Shown here piece by piece: positions 9,139-19,309 of a DNA stretch of 64,000 bases. The notes below the pieces were generated by a model. It ran no database searches, was not told the origin of the DNA, and saw only the letters and a program-made list of their open reading frames with translations. This DNA comes from an uncultured bacterium (GTDB lineage Bacteria > Krumholzibacteriota > Krumholzibacteriia > Krumholzibacteriales > Krumholzibacteriaceae): the NCBI GenBank assembly GCA_965371515.1, contig CBDUYR010000008.1, positions 8,592 to 72,591 of the forward strand, written 5' to 3'. The translations under genes and the position numbers were made by a program. How positions within the stretch are numbered: position 1 is the first letter of the stretch; each line of letters opens with the position of its first letter.

Positions 9139-12100
9139 AGAAACTTCCGATACTGCTTTTGATCGCCATGCTCGTTCCGGCCGCCGCCGGGGCGGGACAG
9201 TGGCGTATCGTTTCAGAGAATGACACTGGAATAACCGTCGAGTTCACCACCGGCCGTTACGCTGTTTCGAGGGCCGGAGGGGAAGATGGCGCAGGCGCGA
9301 TCGTCCGGATATCCGGATTCACGCAGGAGAGGATACCGGGCATGCCCGTGCTGCCCGTCAAAAGATTTCTGATTGAAGTGCCGGCTGATCGAAGAATCAG
9401 GCTTCAGGTGCTGGACAGCCGGATCGTATCGATAGAAGATGTTGTACCTGAAGTCTGGTCCGTCGACGGCGATCCCGCCGTAGGCGCCAGGAGACCGGCC
9501 GAGGAGAACGTCCCTGCAGCTGCGAGGGATTTCGCCATGCTCGCGTCGGTGGAGATACAGAGGAAGAGAAGGCTGGCGCTCGTCGACATATATCCAGTTC
9601 TCACCGATCAGGAGAACGGGCGCCTGCTCCACGCCGAGAGGATAGTCGTCAGGCTCTCCTGGGCTCCAGCGCGGCCGGCTTCGGGCAAGCGTCCCGCGCC
9701 GAGGCCCGAGGACCGCTACGTCATCGGGGCGGGCAGGTGGACCGTCGTCGAGGACAGGCCGGCGCTCGAGGCCCCCGGTCAGAGGACCCCTTTCGAGTTC
9801 GCTCTCTCCGACAAGTGGCTGAAGCTGACGATGGAGGACACGGGACTTTACAGGATCTCGTATGAGGACATGACCAGAGCCGGTGTCAATCCGCAGGACA
9901 TCGATCCGGCGACCGTCCGCATATTCACCGCCGGCCCGCTGCAGCAGCCCGACAGCACGAGACAGGGTGGGAGTTTCGAGGAGGAGTACCATCTCTCCGA
10001 GGTCGATCTTCACTATTCGGGAGCCAATGCGGGCTCGATGATGCCCGGCGAGTATTTCATCTTCTACGGTCTCGGGATACGCGGATGGACCGACTATCTC
10101 GATCCTTCGGCCGAGGAGATCCACTTCTACAAGCACAAGTACTGTGATAACAGCGTATACTGGATGAGCTGGAGCGGTTCGTTCGAAGGACAGCCTGCAA
10201 GGGTGCAGAGCAGGGATGTCTCTCCGACCGGCTCGCCCGACCTCGAGGTCACGACATGCAGTCACCGTATGCACGTCGAGCGGGACGGGCTCTACGATCC
10301 GATACACACCGACGATTTCTGGTACTGGAGGCGCCTGAACGTGGGCACGACGGTATTCAACGACGAATTCCAGTGCGCAGACGTCGCCGGCGGAGCCGGG
10401 ATGGTCAGGACTCTCGGCTACGGCCCATACATATCCAGCAACAATCTCAACGCCGCCGACTGTTACGTGAACTCCGAGTACGCGGGCCACATGAGCTGGA
10501 TAGTCTATTCCGATTTCAGGCCGGACACTATCGAGGCGGCCGTGAGCTCGATCGTGGAAGGGGCGAACAACTTCAGGTTCACCAAGATCTCCGACGACGT
10601 GATGTACGTCCTATGGTACGAGATATTCTACGACAGGCATCTGAGGCCGATCGACGGGCGGCTCGATTTCCTGGCGCCGTCCGATACGCGCATTGCCGCT
10701 GTCACTATGAACGGATTCCCGTCGGCGGAGGAACTCTTCCTGTTCGACGTCACCGACCACACCGGTCCGGTACGGCTGACCGGATGGCAGAACGATCTGG
10801 GAGAGGTAGTCTTCGAGGACATGCTCGAAACGGTCCCGCTCCACTATCACGCTTCCGCCGCGTCGGCCCTGCGCACCCCGTCGATCGCGATCGAGAGCAT
10901 GTCGCCGGGAGTGTTCCCCTCGCTGAGGGACGAGACTCCTCCCGACATGATCATAGTCTATCACCGCAATTTCCGGGACGCGGCGAACCGCCTGGCGGCT
11001 CATCGCAGGAACAACCTGCCTTATTCGAGCGATCCGGTCGTGAGGGCGGTCGATATCGAAGACATCTACAACAACTTCTCCGGAGGGATGAAGGATCCGC
11101 TGGCAGTCAGGAACTACCTGAAGTTCCTATACGACAATTTCAGCGTTGGCGGCTCGCCGGTGATCGATTACGCGCTGCTCATCGGAAACTGTACCTACGA
11201 CGCGAGGGATATACTAGGACGGTCGAACGATTTCGTGCCGGTCTTCATCAACGTGAAGTACGGGGGCCAGGGAATCGAAGACGACGATTTCCTCGTCAAG
11301 CTCGATACGGGCTTAGATTGGGCGATCGACGTTGCCATCGGCAGGATGCCCGTGCTCACGCGCAGGGCCGCCGACAACTGGGTCGATCGCGTGATAAGGT
11401 ACGAATCGGAAATCGACATGGGGACCTGGAGAAACAGGGTGATCATCGTCGCTGACGACGAACACTCAACACACGGCGACAACGATTTCTATTTTACGGA
11501 AGATGCCGAATGGATGACGGCCGACGACGGCCCGATCCCGAGATTTGTCGACTACAGCAAGATATACCTGACGCACTATCCGTTCGTCGGGGACCTCAAG
11601 CCCGACGCGACCAGTGACCTGCTCGAGGATTGGTCGCGCGGCGCTCTCGTAGTCAGCTATGCGGGGCACGGATCGCCTCAGCAGCTCGCCGACGAGAGAG
11701 TGATGCAGATGTCCGACCTGTATTCCCTGATGAACGGAACAAAGCAGCCCCTCTTTCTCGCTTTCTCCTGCACCGTAGGCGACCTGGAATCTCCATATCA
11801 CAGGAGCATGGGGCAGGAGATCACTGTCCTCGACAACGGCGGGGCCATAGCAGTGATCGCGGGAGTTGCTCCTACGTATCCGATCCCGAACAAGGAACTG
11901 AACTACATCTATTTCGACTATCTTTTCACGGGCGGGGACAGCACCGCGACTGAGCCGATCGGTACCGCCCTGATGATGGCCAAGACCGACAGCAGGACCT
12001 ACATTACTAATGCGAGGAACAACGCAAAATACGTCCTGCTCGGAGATCCAGCGCTCACGCTCACCCTTCCGGGGCACATGGTCGAGCATAATATCGCCGC

Positions 12101-13106
12101 CATAGACACGATGGGAACGGGGGGCAGGTATACGCTGAGCGGCAACGTGACAGAGGGAGGAGAAATCCTCTCGACCTTCAACGGCACGGCGGAGATCGTG
12201 GTCCAGGAATCGATGGAGATGGTAAGCAAGGAGTACATCGATTACAGGGATTCCTTGAGGATGCTCGAATACAGGCTCCCGGGCAAGGATCTGTTCAGAG
12301 GCTCGGTCGACGTTACCGCCGGCAGATTCGATCTCGACTTCGTGATACCGGTAAGGTGCAGGACAGGATCGAGGGCGAGGGTCCGCTCGTATGTCAGCGA
12401 GGCGGGGGCCGACGGTGTCGGCGGCGCCGACACACTGGTAATCGTAACGTCAGGGACCGTTCCGCCGAACGAGGCACCTCCCGACATAGACCTCTACTTC
12501 TCCGGCCAGGCGACGAAAGTGAAGAGGGGGGCTGTCCTTGTAGCCGAGATATCGGACGACGACGGGATCGCCATCCTCGGCACCGAGCCGCAGAGCTCGA
12601 TCTACTTCGAGTTCGATCGCAGCGGCTATCCGATATTTGTGACGCAATACTTCGAATATGAACATGGTTCCTCGACGACCGGGCGCGTCGAGTATCCTCT
12701 TCACTCCGGTTTCGAGCCCGGCGAGCACTCCGTGATAGTCAGGGCATTCGACAACCTCGGCGAATCGGCGACCGACACCCTCTTCTTTGAGGTCGTCGAG
12801 GAGGGCCTTTACACGGTGAGCGATGTATTCAACATGCCCAACCCGTTCACGGAATCGACGAATTTCGTGTTTCAGCTGAGCAGCAGGGCCGATGTATTCC
12901 TGCGCGTGTATAACATCTCCGGCATCGAGATATGGAACGCCGAGCTGGCAGCTGAAGAGGGGTTCAACAGTATTTACTGGGAGGGACGGGATTTCATCGG
13001 TGACCGGATCGCGAACGGTACGTATATCTACGTTCTCGAAGTATCCTTCAGGGATTCCTTCAACCGCAGCGAGACGGTGACCGGGAAGGCGGTACATCTC
13101 AGATAA
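9135..13106 (+). CDS. porU: Type IX secretion sortase PorU-like C25 (gingipain-family) peptidase with a C-terminal Ig-like sorting domain
   Basis: Start moved to ATG 9135 (AGGAGG at 9124, followed by a signal peptide). Propeptide-like N-terminus; IYNNFSGGMKDPLAVRNYLK; AIGRMP; catalytic YAGHGS (His codon 11667) and FSCTVG (Cys codon 11769); YVLLGDPAL; C-terminal FNMPNPF...WEGRD...IANGTYIY. Confidence 0.85.
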   Translation: MKKLPILLLIAMLVPAAAGAGQWRIVSENDTGITVEFTTGRYAVSRAGGEDGAGAIVRISGFTQERIPGMPVLPVKRFLIEVPADRRIRLQVLDSRIVSIEDVVPEVWSVDGDPAVGARRPAEENVPAAARDFAMLASVEIQRKRRLALVDIYPVLTDQENGRLLHAERIVVRLSWAPARPASGKRPAPRPEDRYVIGAGRWTVVEDRPALEAPGQRTPFEFALSDKWLKLTMEDTGLYRISYEDMTRAGVNPQDIDPATVRIFTAGPLQQPDSTRQGGSFEEEYHLSEVDLHYSGANAGSMMPGEYFIFYGLGIRGWTDYLDPSAEEIHFYKHKYCDNSVYWMSWSGSFEGQPARVQSRDVSPTGSPDLEVTTCSHRMHVERDGLYDPIHTDDFWYWRRLNVGTTVFNDEFQCADVAGGAGMVRTLGYGPYISSNNLNAADCYVNSEYAGHMSWIVYSDFRPDTIEAAVSSIVEGANNFRFTKISDDVMYVLWYEIFYDRHLRPIDGRLDFLAPSDTRIAAVTMNGFPSAEELFLFDVTDHTGPVRLTGWQNDLGEVVFEDMLETVPLHYHASAASALRTPSIAIESMSPGVFPSLRDETPPDMIIVYHRNFRDAANRLAAHRRNNLPYSSDPVVRAVDIEDIYNNFSGGMKDPLAVRNYLKFLYDNFSVGGSPVIDYALLIGNCTYDARDILGRSNDFVPVFINVKYGGQGIEDDDFLVKLDTGLDWAIDVAIGRMPVLTRRAADNWVDRVIRYESEIDMGTWRNRVIIVADDEHSTHGDNDFYFTEDAEWMTADDGPIPRFVDYSKIYLTHYPFVGDLKPDATSDLLEDWSRGALVVSYAGHGSPQQLADERVMQMSDLYSLMNGTKQPLFLAFSCTVGDLESPYHRSMGQEITVLDNGGAIAVIAGVAPTYPIPNKELNYIYFDYLFTGGDSTATEPIGTALMMAKTDSRTYITNARNNAKYVLLGDPALTLTLPGHMVEHNIAAIDTMGTGGRYTLSGNVTEGGEILSTFNGTAEIVVQESMEMVSKEYIDYRDSLRMLEYRLPGKDLFRGSVDVTAGRFDLDFVIPVRCRTGSRARVRSYVSEAGADGVGGADTLVIVTSGTVPPNEAPPDIDLYFSGQATKVKRGAVLVAEISDDDGIAILGTEPQSSIYFEFDRSGYPIFVTQYFEYEHGSSTTGRVEYPLHSGFEPGEHSVIVRAFDNLGESATDTLFFEVVEEGLYTVSDVFNMPNPFTESTNFVFQLSSRADVFLRVYNISGIEIWNAELAAEEGFNSIYWEGRDFIGDRIANGTYIYVLEVSFRDSFNRSETVTGKAVHLR

Positions 13107-13166
13107 CCGTTTGTCAGAAAAATGCTTATCACTGCGGGGAAGCATTTCCCGATAGAGGCAAAATGC

Positions 13167-13196
13167 TTGACCCGGAAGTTTTCAGATACTTAATTT
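13167..13196 (+). promoter_or_regulatory. sigma70-type promoter candidate for porV
   Basis: TTGACC (13167-13172), 18 nt, TAATTT (13191-13196); AAGGAG ribosome-binding site ahead of ATG 13232. Confidence 0.5.
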
Positions 13197-13231
13197 ACTT
13201 ATAGAAGACCAACAAAAAGGAGAACCGGAAT

Positions 13232-14227
13232 ATGGCAAGAACGAGAAAGCTGATCATAATCTCATTGTTCATCATCGCAGCCGCATCTTCAGCGGCGTTC
13301 GCACAGGGAGAATCAGGAGCGGGCAGCCTCATAATCCCTCCTGGGGCGAGAGCCAACGGGATGGGCCAGAGTTTCGGGGCGATCGCCGATGACGCGACCG
13401 CTATGTGGTGGAACCCCGCCGGGATGGCGTTCATCGACCATCACGCCATTGACCTGATGCATTCGCAGCTCGTCCCCGATCTTGCCTCAGACGTCTTTTT
13501 TGAATATATAGGCGGTATTTACAAGATAGAGGGCTTAGGAACGATCGGATTCGCAATACAGTACCTGACGTACGGCGAGTATACCGTGACCGGTACTACC
13601 CCCGAGGAGCTGGGAACCGCGTCGGCGTGGGAGATCTCCCCGATGATCGGCGGTGCGGTGAAACTGGGCGACCAGATCTCTCTCGGAATGAATCTGAAGT
13701 TCGTATACATAAGCCTCGCGCCGGCATGGGCCACGATTGAGGGCACTTCGGGAACGGGAAGCTCCGTCGCCGTCGATTTCGGCGCATTGTGGAAGATCCC
13801 CGATTTCGGCGTGAGCAGCGCCCGGATCAGGAGGCTGAACCTCGGCCTCGCCGTCTCGAACCTCGGACCGTCGATCACATACATAAACAGAGACCAGGCG
13901 GCTCCCCTGCCGAGAAATCTCAGGGGAAGCGTAGCATGGGCTCCGGTATGGAGTGAAGTGAGCAAGTGGTACATCACGGGAGAAGTCAACAGGCCGATGG
14001 TCGACTTCGATCGCTCCAACACGTACCATTTCGGGACAGAATTCATTTACTCGAACCTGATCGCCTTGCGTCTAGGGTATGTCTACGACAAGGATGGAAA
14101 TGTCGAATCAGTGACCTACGGTCTCGGATTCGTATTCAATGACAAGGTAAGGATAGATTGGGCCAGCGTTCCGCAGGACAAGGACCTCGCGAGGGTCCAC
14201 CGCTGGTCTCTAGGCGTCAACTTCTGA
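13232..14227 (+). CDS. porV: PorV/PorQ family outer-membrane barrel (T9SS shuttle)
   Basis: Signal peptide; LIIPPGARANGMG...AIADDATAMWWNPAGMA signature; LGLAVSNLGP; LPRNLR; LRLGY; C-terminal F; directly follows porU. Confidence 0.85.
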   Translation: MARTRKLIIISLFIIAAASSAAFAQGESGAGSLIIPPGARANGMGQSFGAIADDATAMWWNPAGMAFIDHHAIDLMHSQLVPDLASDVFFEYIGGIYKIEGLGTIGFAIQYLTYGEYTVTGTTPEELGTASAWEISPMIGGAVKLGDQISLGMNLKFVYISLAPAWATIEGTSGTGSSVAVDFGALWKIPDFGVSSARIRRLNLGLAVSNLGPSITYINRDQAAPLPRNLRGSVAWAPVWSEVSKWYITGEVNRPMVDFDRSNTYHFGTEFIYSNLIALRLGYVYDKDGNVESVTYGLGFVFNDKVRIDWASVPQDKDLARVHRWSLGVNF

Positions 14228-14257
14228 TACCTCTGGGAAAGGCACTTCGTCCAACAG

Positions 14258-17200
14258 ATGGCTTACCGCATTCGCAAGCCTGCCGGTGTAATCATATTCT
14301 TTTTGCTCGCCGTCCTTCAGACGGGCGTGTTCGCAGCAGAAGGACGTCCCGTCCCTGTTCTCGAGAGACGGGCGGGGGGACTGTACTACACCGGACGCGA
14401 AGCTCCCATACCCGACGGAGCCATGACGGGAGCGAGGATATTCGGCTTCGACAGGCCCTCGTCAAGGGGACTGCGCAGAACGCTGGAGGCCTCCTCGAGA
14501 AGGATGCTCCAGGGTCCCGCTGCCCCGGCCGACACATGGAACGTCATCCTCGTGCGGATATCTTTCCAGTCTGACAAGTCGGGCAGCCTGACGAGCATAA
14601 GGACTGGAGGCGATTTCGACTTCGCCCCGGACGGAACATCTGTGATCGACCCGACTCCTCACAACAGATCCTATTTTGATTCACATATGGAAGCAATGGC
14701 CCGGTTTTTCGATTTCCAGTCGTGCGGCGCCGTCGAGATAACGTGTGATGTTCTTCCCGCCGGGGAGAACGGAAGTTACAAACTCACCGACCTGGCCGAC
14801 TACGGTCCGGGAAAATCGGGACAGTGGACGACAGAGATGCTGGTGAAGTTCGTGCAGGACGCGGTAACCGCCTGCGACGACTCGCTTCAGTCGGACGGAT
14901 ACCCCGTCAGGCTGAGCGACTACGATGCGATAGTGCTGGCGCACGCCGGGGCAAATCTGCAGTCCGACGTGCTTGGCAACAGCCCCAACGACATCCCTTC
15001 GTTCTACGCGAGGCTCGGCGACGGCGACGAGATCGTGGTGGAGGGTGGGTACGTGGTCACCGAGCTCTCGGTAATACCCGAGACATCGATTCAGGACGGC
15101 TACAACGGCGGGATCGCCGCCGTCCTGGCGCACGAGTTCGGACACCAGCTCGGACTCCCCGATCTCTACGACATCTACACGAACTCTTCAGCAATAGGCG
15201 TATTCGACAATATGGACAGCGGGGGACAGCTCGGTGCGATCCTCGTCGACGAGGATGGAGACCAGCATTACGCTGAAGGCTTCATACCCGGCGGGCTATG
15301 CGCCTGGTCGAAGTATTTCCTCGGGTGGATGGAAGCCGATACAATCGGCACCTTCGAGGATGCCCTGGCCCTCTCCGCCTCGGGGAAGTGCCCCTGCAGG
15401 GGCGTGAGGGTAGAGATGTCGGCAGATGAGTACTGGCTGATCGAGAACAGGGCGGCCGAGCTCGACGGACTTATCACCGGCTTCGTGACCGACGAGGTCA
15501 CCGGCGTGATACTCGGGCCGGGCAACTGCATGAACTGCGGGAGCGGGATACCCGATATCATCGACTGGGAATTTACCAATGGATACGACTACCTGCTTCC
15601 CACCGAATCACCGTGGCCGGGACCGGACTGGGGACCGGGCCTTCTCGTGTGGCACGTCGACGAGTTCTTTATAGAGCGCAGGTGGGAGGCGAACGAAGTC
15701 AATTCGCGCTGGCCCTTCGGCGTCTCGCTCATCGAGGCGAACGGCGTCGTCGATCTCGGCGATCCCACATCGAGGTTCGGGCTGGGATGGTATGACGACG
15801 CGTTCTACGACGGGAATGCCGTCGAGATGAACGATTCGACACTCCCGCCGGCCTGGAGCAACTGGCAGGTCCAGAGCGGCCTTCGTCTCGAGAACGTCTC
15901 GGGCAGGGATACGCTCATGACATTCGGCGTTGGTTGCAGGGCGCGGGTCGAGACGAAGATGATCCCCGGGGGCGTTTCACCCTCAAGATTCGGGGTGCTT
16001 CCCCTCCCCGGACAGGATAACTCACTGATCATCGATGACACGGGGAAGGGCTGGATGCCCGGTAATCCGTCACCGGTGTTCGACATCGGCGGGCCTGCGC
16101 TGACACCTGCCGCCTTTATCTCCGGCTTCCCCGGATGCGGGGGCACGGTAGCCGACGCGGTAATGGTTGCCAGGAATGACGGGTCTCTTTGCGACATCCA
16201 CATCTTCAACATCGATGACTGGACCGAATGCGGCACCTGGCCCTCCATGGTCAATTCTCTGGTCACATTCCCTGTACCGGTGCACACTCCTGAGGGAATC
16301 TTTATCATAGCGGCCGGGGATGAAGGTTTTCTTATCATGCTGGGACCTGATGGAGATCAGCTTGTCAGCGAGATCCCTCCGCAGTCAGAAAATTACACAA
16401 GTGGCAACCTGGTCATAGAAAAGAACGGGAGCGGGGAAGCGACCGCCGTATACGCGCTCACCGTCCCATATAATCAAGACAGTGGCGGGATCCTCGAAAG
16501 ATGCACGATCACTTCAGGCGAACTTGTATATGACGGAACATTTGCCGTCGATGTTTCACTCTCGGCATCCAACCTCTCCGGAGATCTGTTTCTCGCCGGT
16601 GGGGATATCGTTCCGGAACTGCCCGGAACCGAGATATGGATAACAGCGGCTGCTACAGGAAGGATCCTTCTTTACGGCAGCAACGGCAGGATAAGCGACA
16701 GGAATACAGGACTGGCGATACCTTTCCCTCCGGCTCTGCAGGACATGAACGGCGACGGACGGCTCGACCTGGTCTATACGGACGGCGGAAAGATATACGT
16801 GATCGATCCATCGGGAGCGAATATCACTGGGTGGCCGAGGGACATCAACAACGGCTTGTACCTGCTTCCTGTAGAGGTCAGGATCACTGTACCACTCGTT
16901 ACCGCCTCCAATGCGGATGGGGCCTGGGTTCTGGCAGGGACAGACGCCGGCATTCTCTACATGTTCGATCACGCCGGCGATCTCGTGCCCGGATGGCCGA
17001 GGAAGGCAGCCGGTAGATTCATCGAACCGATCGACCTTACCACCGTTGCCGCTGATGGATACTATTCATGGATCGATCTCATATTCAATTCGGAAGAGAG
17101 CGGGTTCGGGGATTGGCGGCCTGAAAGCGGCAGGGCGAGATGGCACACGACACCATTCGGGGAGTTCGACATGCCGGGTTCGTGGACATCGGTATACGGC

Positions 17201-17542
17201 GGGGCCGACAGGGATTCCTGGGTCCAGCCTTCGTCCGGATTCGTCGTCGAGCAGCCGCAATGGGCCGATCTCGAACAGAACCTGGTGATATACCCAAATC
17301 CCTCGAACGGCGTCAGGGTGGCCTTCCATTTCACCGCGCCTGACGATGGAGAGGCGAATCTCGACATATTCACACTCGAAGGGGAGAGGGTCCTCGAGAA
17401 ATCGATGCACCTGTCCGGGGGACAGGCTGAGTTCACCGTCGAGATGAGCGAACAGGCGTCGGGGGTCTATCTCTGCCGTATCGTCGTCAAGTCCGGCGGC
17501 ACGACGGTGGAGACGACCAGGAAATTTGCTATTGTCAATTAG
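14258..17542 (+). CDS. M6 (immune inhibitor A-like) metalloprotease with FG-GAP/VCBS repeats and a T9SS-type C-terminal sorting domain
   Basis: HEFGHQLGLPDLYD zinc motif (15131), YWLIENR, GLLVWHVD, DMNGDGRLDLV, repeated GWP; C-terminal IYPNPS...IFTLEG...ASGVYLCRI...KFAIVN. Confidence 0.85.
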   Translation: MAYRIRKPAGVIIFFLLAVLQTGVFAAEGRPVPVLERRAGGLYYTGREAPIPDGAMTGARIFGFDRPSSRGLRRTLEASSRRMLQGPAAPADTWNVILVRISFQSDKSGSLTSIRTGGDFDFAPDGTSVIDPTPHNRSYFDSHMEAMARFFDFQSCGAVEITCDVLPAGENGSYKLTDLADYGPGKSGQWTTEMLVKFVQDAVTACDDSLQSDGYPVRLSDYDAIVLAHAGANLQSDVLGNSPNDIPSFYARLGDGDEIVVEGGYVVTELSVIPETSIQDGYNGGIAAVLAHEFGHQLGLPDLYDIYTNSSAIGVFDNMDSGGQLGAILVDEDGDQHYAEGFIPGGLCAWSKYFLGWMEADTIGTFEDALALSASGKCPCRGVRVEMSADEYWLIENRAAELDGLITGFVTDEVTGVILGPGNCMNCGSGIPDIIDWEFTNGYDYLLPTESPWPGPDWGPGLLVWHVDEFFIERRWEANEVNSRWPFGVSLIEANGVVDLGDPTSRFGLGWYDDAFYDGNAVEMNDSTLPPAWSNWQVQSGLRLENVSGRDTLMTFGVGCRARVETKMIPGGVSPSRFGVLPLPGQDNSLIIDDTGKGWMPGNPSPVFDIGGPALTPAAFISGFPGCGGTVADAVMVARNDGSLCDIHIFNIDDWTECGTWPSMVNSLVTFPVPVHTPEGIFIIAAGDEGFLIMLGPDGDQLVSEIPPQSENYTSGNLVIEKNGSGEATAVYALTVPYNQDSGGILERCTITSGELVYDGTFAVDVSLSASNLSGDLFLAGGDIVPELPGTEIWITAAATGRILLYGSNGRISDRNTGLAIPFPPALQDMNGDGRLDLVYTDGGKIYVIDPSGANITGWPRDINNGLYLLPVEVRITVPLVTASNADGAWVLAGTDAGILYMFDHAGDLVPGWPRKAAGRFIEPIDLTTVAADGYYSWIDLIFNSEESGFGDWRPESGRARWHTTPFGEFDMPGSWTSVYGGADRDSWVQPSSGFVVEQPQWADLEQNLVIYPNPSNGVRVAFHFTAPDDGEANLDIFTLEGERVLEKSMHLSGGQAEFTVEMSEQASGVYLCRIVVKSGGTTVETTRKFAIVN

Positions 17543-17558
17543 CAACCGGAGGATATCG

Positions 17559-18476
17559 ATGCGTTTTGTCGTCAGCTGCTTGCTTGCACTGCTCCTCGCA
17601 GGCCTCTCTATAGAGACCTCAGCCGCTCCATCCGCGCATGCAGCCGCCGCAAAGGAGACCGGCGGCAGGACATTTGATCTCGAGGGTTACAGGCTGAACG
17701 AGACGCTGAGGTTCACCGGCAGGAAGCTCGAGACGCCGATTGTCACACGCGAGGAGCTCGAGGCGCAGAGGTCCGGTTTCCAGGAAACGGGCTCGGCAGT
17801 ATCGGCGAGGCCGAAGAGAAACATCGCCGCGGCGATAATCGCCTCGGCTGTCCTTCCCGGAATGGGAGAGCTCTACGTGGCGACAGGTACGAAGAAGGTC
17901 TCCCACTACATCAGGGTCCCGGTCTTCCTCGCGCTCGACGTATACTTCTGGTACTCTTACCGGGATAACTACGACAAGGGCAAGGAAGTGAAGGCCGAAT
18001 ACGAGATGTTCGGCGACGAACACTGGAGCGAGGAGAGGTTCCTCCTGCAGCATCCGTACTGCGACGGGATCGGCGGCTGCGACAGCTGGGAGCAGTACAA
18101 CGAGGATGCGAAGGGCGACTATTATTACTTTGTATACATACCGAAACATCTCGATCACGAGGAATATTACGAGAACATGGGCAAATACGATGCCTTCGCC
18201 TTCGGATGGGACGACTGGAACGGGGACTATAACGATGTCGAGGCGTGGACTCCGAACAGGACCACATACTGGGCGATGCGCACGGAGAGCGACGACTATC
18301 TTCTCAGGGGGGACCGATACGTGATGGCCCTGATCATCAACCGTGTCGTCTCTATGCTCGACGCCGGCTGGCTGGCTTACCGTTACAACAGGGGCGACTA
18401 CGACGACGCCGGGTGGACGCTCGACCTCAGGCCGGGCATGGAATCTTCGTCGATCGGGTTGAGTTATCGTTTCTAG
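17559..18476 (+). CDS. Exported/membrane protein, DUF5683-like (paralogue of the next gene)
   Basis: Start at ATG 17559 after GGAGG; signal peptide; SAVLPGMGELY, YYENMGKY and INRVVSMLDA motifs; ends LSYRF. Confidence 0.6.
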   Translation: MRFVVSCLLALLLAGLSIETSAAPSAHAAAAKETGGRTFDLEGYRLNETLRFTGRKLETPIVTREELEAQRSGFQETGSAVSARPKRNIAAAIIASAVLPGMGELYVATGTKKVSHYIRVPVFLALDVYFWYSYRDNYDKGKEVKAEYEMFGDEHWSEERFLLQHPYCDGIGGCDSWEQYNEDAKGDYYYFVYIPKHLDHEEYYENMGKYDAFAFGWDDWNGDYNDVEAWTPNRTTYWAMRTESDDYLLRGDRYVMALIINRVVSMLDAGWLAYRYNRGDYDDAGWTLDLRPGMESSSIGLSYRF

Positions 18477-18486
18477 GGGGAGGATC

Positions 18487-19278
18487 ATGAGAAAGCTGAC
18501 AATATTCCTGCTCGTAATCGTGACAGCCTCCCATGGAGCGATGGCAGCGAAGCCGTTCTCGACCCGGCTTCCGTCGGACGCGCCCGCGGGCGGATACGCC
18601 TGGCACCTCGCGTCGGAGGGATTCGCGCAGGAAGATGCGGGAAGCATCGCGGTAGGCACCTATTCTCCCGCGAAGGAGGGCGGCCTGAGCCTCCTGCTCC
18701 CCGGCCTCGGCCAGTACCGCATGGGCAGGAAGACGAGGGCATACGTCTACTGGACTCTCGAAGCCGCCGGGTGGATAACCCTCGGGACGTCTCTCTGGAG
18801 GTCTAGCTCGAAAGAGAATGCGTACGAGGAGTACGCGGCGGCATACGCCGGAGTCAGCCAGGCGGGGACCGAAGAGAGCTATTACGAGAACGTGGGCAGA
18901 TGGGTCAGCAGCGATGGTCCCGGCGGATACAACGAGTACGTCAGGCGCGAGGCCCGCGACCTGTACTACCCCGACCAGGCCGCGATGGACGCCTACTACC
19001 TCGAGAACTACGTCTCGTCGGAGATGGCATGGCGGTGGACGTCGACCGACGCCCAGCACAATTTTAACATTCTCAGGGGCGAAAGCGAGGATGCCGGTCG
19101 CTACGCCCTCTACGCGGCCTTTTATCTCTTCGCGCTCAGGGTCGTCAGCTCCGTCGACGCGGTATATATCGCCCGGAAGACGACGAATGATGTCGATACC
19201 TCATCGAACATTCCCGTAAGATTCGAGGCGGGACCGAGGTCGGGCGGATTCTACTTTGCGGTCAACAGGTCGTTCTGA
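18487..19278 (+). CDS. Exported/membrane protein, DUF5683-like (paralogue of the previous gene)
   Basis: GGAGG ribosome-binding site; signal peptide; SLLLPGLGQY, YYENVGRW and LRVVSSVDA motifs; ends VNRSF. Confidence 0.6.
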   Translation: MRKLTIFLLVIVTASHGAMAAKPFSTRLPSDAPAGGYAWHLASEGFAQEDAGSIAVGTYSPAKEGGLSLLLPGLGQYRMGRKTRAYVYWTLEAAGWITLGTSLWRSSSKENAYEEYAAAYAGVSQAGTEESYYENVGRWVSSDGPGGYNEYVRREARDLYYPDQAAMDAYYLENYVSSEMAWRWTSTDAQHNFNILRGESEDAGRYALYAAFYLFALRVVSSVDAVYIARKTTNDVDTSSNIPVRFEAGPRSGGFYFAVNRSF

Positions 19279-19309
19279 CGATTCATCGGCTCTGCGAAAC
19301 GGACGGCAG

